A model generated the notes under the pieces. It did no database searches. It saw only the letters and a list, made by a program, of their open reading frames with translations, and had not been told where the DNA came from. Positions 63,494 through 64,000 of a stretch of DNA of 64,000 bases are shown here, one piece after another (within the stretch, counting starts at the first letter, position 1; each line of letters begins with the position of its first letter). The stretch comes from an uncultured Bacilli bacterium (lineage in GTDB: Bacteria > Bacillota_I > Bacilli_A > RF39 > UBA660), in assembly GCA_944363785.1 (NCBI GenBank), contig CALVVF010000004.1, positions 459 to 64,458 on the forward strand, written 5' to 3'. The translations under genes were made by a program, and so were the position numbers.

Positions 63494-63678
63494 AAAATTC
63501 CTCCAATCTTATTTTTAATATGGATAATCATACCGAAAATATGTATAAAAACGCTTATTCTAAAAAAGAATATCGACATATTTTTTATAGTAGAAATTAA
63601 AAATAAGAAATATTAAAAAAGAAGTAGGAAAATTGATAAAAATATGATACAATGAAGCATAGATTTTTAGGTGATGGA

Positions 63679-64000
63679 ATGAAAAAAGTAAACTTAGCAA
63701 TTACATTGATAACACAAAATGCACACGAAGAATATAATTTAATAGGTAAACAGGATGAAATAAACGATCGTTTGATCTATAGAGAACCTTCTACAAATAT
63801 TGAAATGATTATCAATAAAAGAAAAAAACAGATGATAAGAGATAGTGATAATTATCGGATGATTATGTATTTTGATAATTCTGAACGAATAGAACTAATA
63901 TTAAAAGAAGAAAATAAAATGTTAGAAATAAAAATAAAAACAATAATATATGATGATCAAAAAGATCATTTTCATGTAAAATATCTTTTAGCAGAAAATA
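63679..64000 (+). CDS. hypothetical protein, possibly DUF1934/YwiB-like; 3' end beyond the window
   Basis: ATG 63679 after an AGGTGATGG RBS. My own translation is MKKVNLAITLITQNAHEEYNLIGKQDEINDRLIYREP..., open to the window end. Confidence 0.45.
   Translation, partial: MKKVNLAITLITQNAHEEYNLIGKQDEINDRLIYREPSTNIEMIINKRKKQMIRDSDNYRMIMYFDNSERIELILKEENKMLEIKIKTIIYDDQKDHFHVKYLLAEN

Overview
This window is the replication-origin region of a very AT-rich, spore-forming Firmicute. Gene order closely follows the Bacillus subtilis origin region, and Noc is present, so it is probably Bacilli or Erysipelotrichia-like. oriC lies at about 35.2-37.0 kb, with one DnaA-box cluster upstream of dnaA and a second between dnaA and dnaN. 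Genes are almost perfectly co-oriented with replication. Everything left of oriC is on the minus strand: dnaA-dnaN-comK-recF-gyrB-gyrA, SRP RNA-tadA-dnaX-ybaB-recR-bofA-holB-ricT, rsmI-pth-mfd, spoVT, a T-box with dut-metG, tatD, rsmA, yabG-veg. Everything right of it up to 60.5 kb is on the plus strand: rpmH-rnpA-yidC-jag-mnmE-mnmG-rsmG-noc-parA-parB, ychF, rpsF-ssb-rpsR, rplI-dnaB, rlmH, ung. The outstanding feature is the 2.5 kb non-coding interval between SRP-RNA/tadA and gyrA (25.4-27.7 kb). It is a tandem array of 11 parS sites (ParB centromere motif TGTTCCACGTGGAACA / TGTTCCACGTGAAACA). Five of them are fused, after a fixed 11-12 nt linker, to a perfect 22-bp palindrome whose core TATTTCCCGGGAAATA is the Noc-binding-site (NBS) consensus. 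The array also shows a ~0.5 kb higher-order duplication and an (AAAT)20 microsatellite. Three more identical NBS palindromes lie in intergenic gaps at 18.3, 39.3 and 40.8 kb. The cognate noc gene at 44.0-45.1 kb is atypical: it has no N-terminal membrane-targeting segment and carries a long low-complexity linker. Other notable items are a ~80-nt SRP RNA hidden under an over-extended tadA ORF, a Met-type T-box leader driving dut-metG, a comK-like gene inside the dnaN-recF block, and a ~4.5 kb island of small hypothetical genes with an internal duplication and a pseudogene fragment between rsmA and yabG. All motif searches were done by eye, so additional sites may have been missed.
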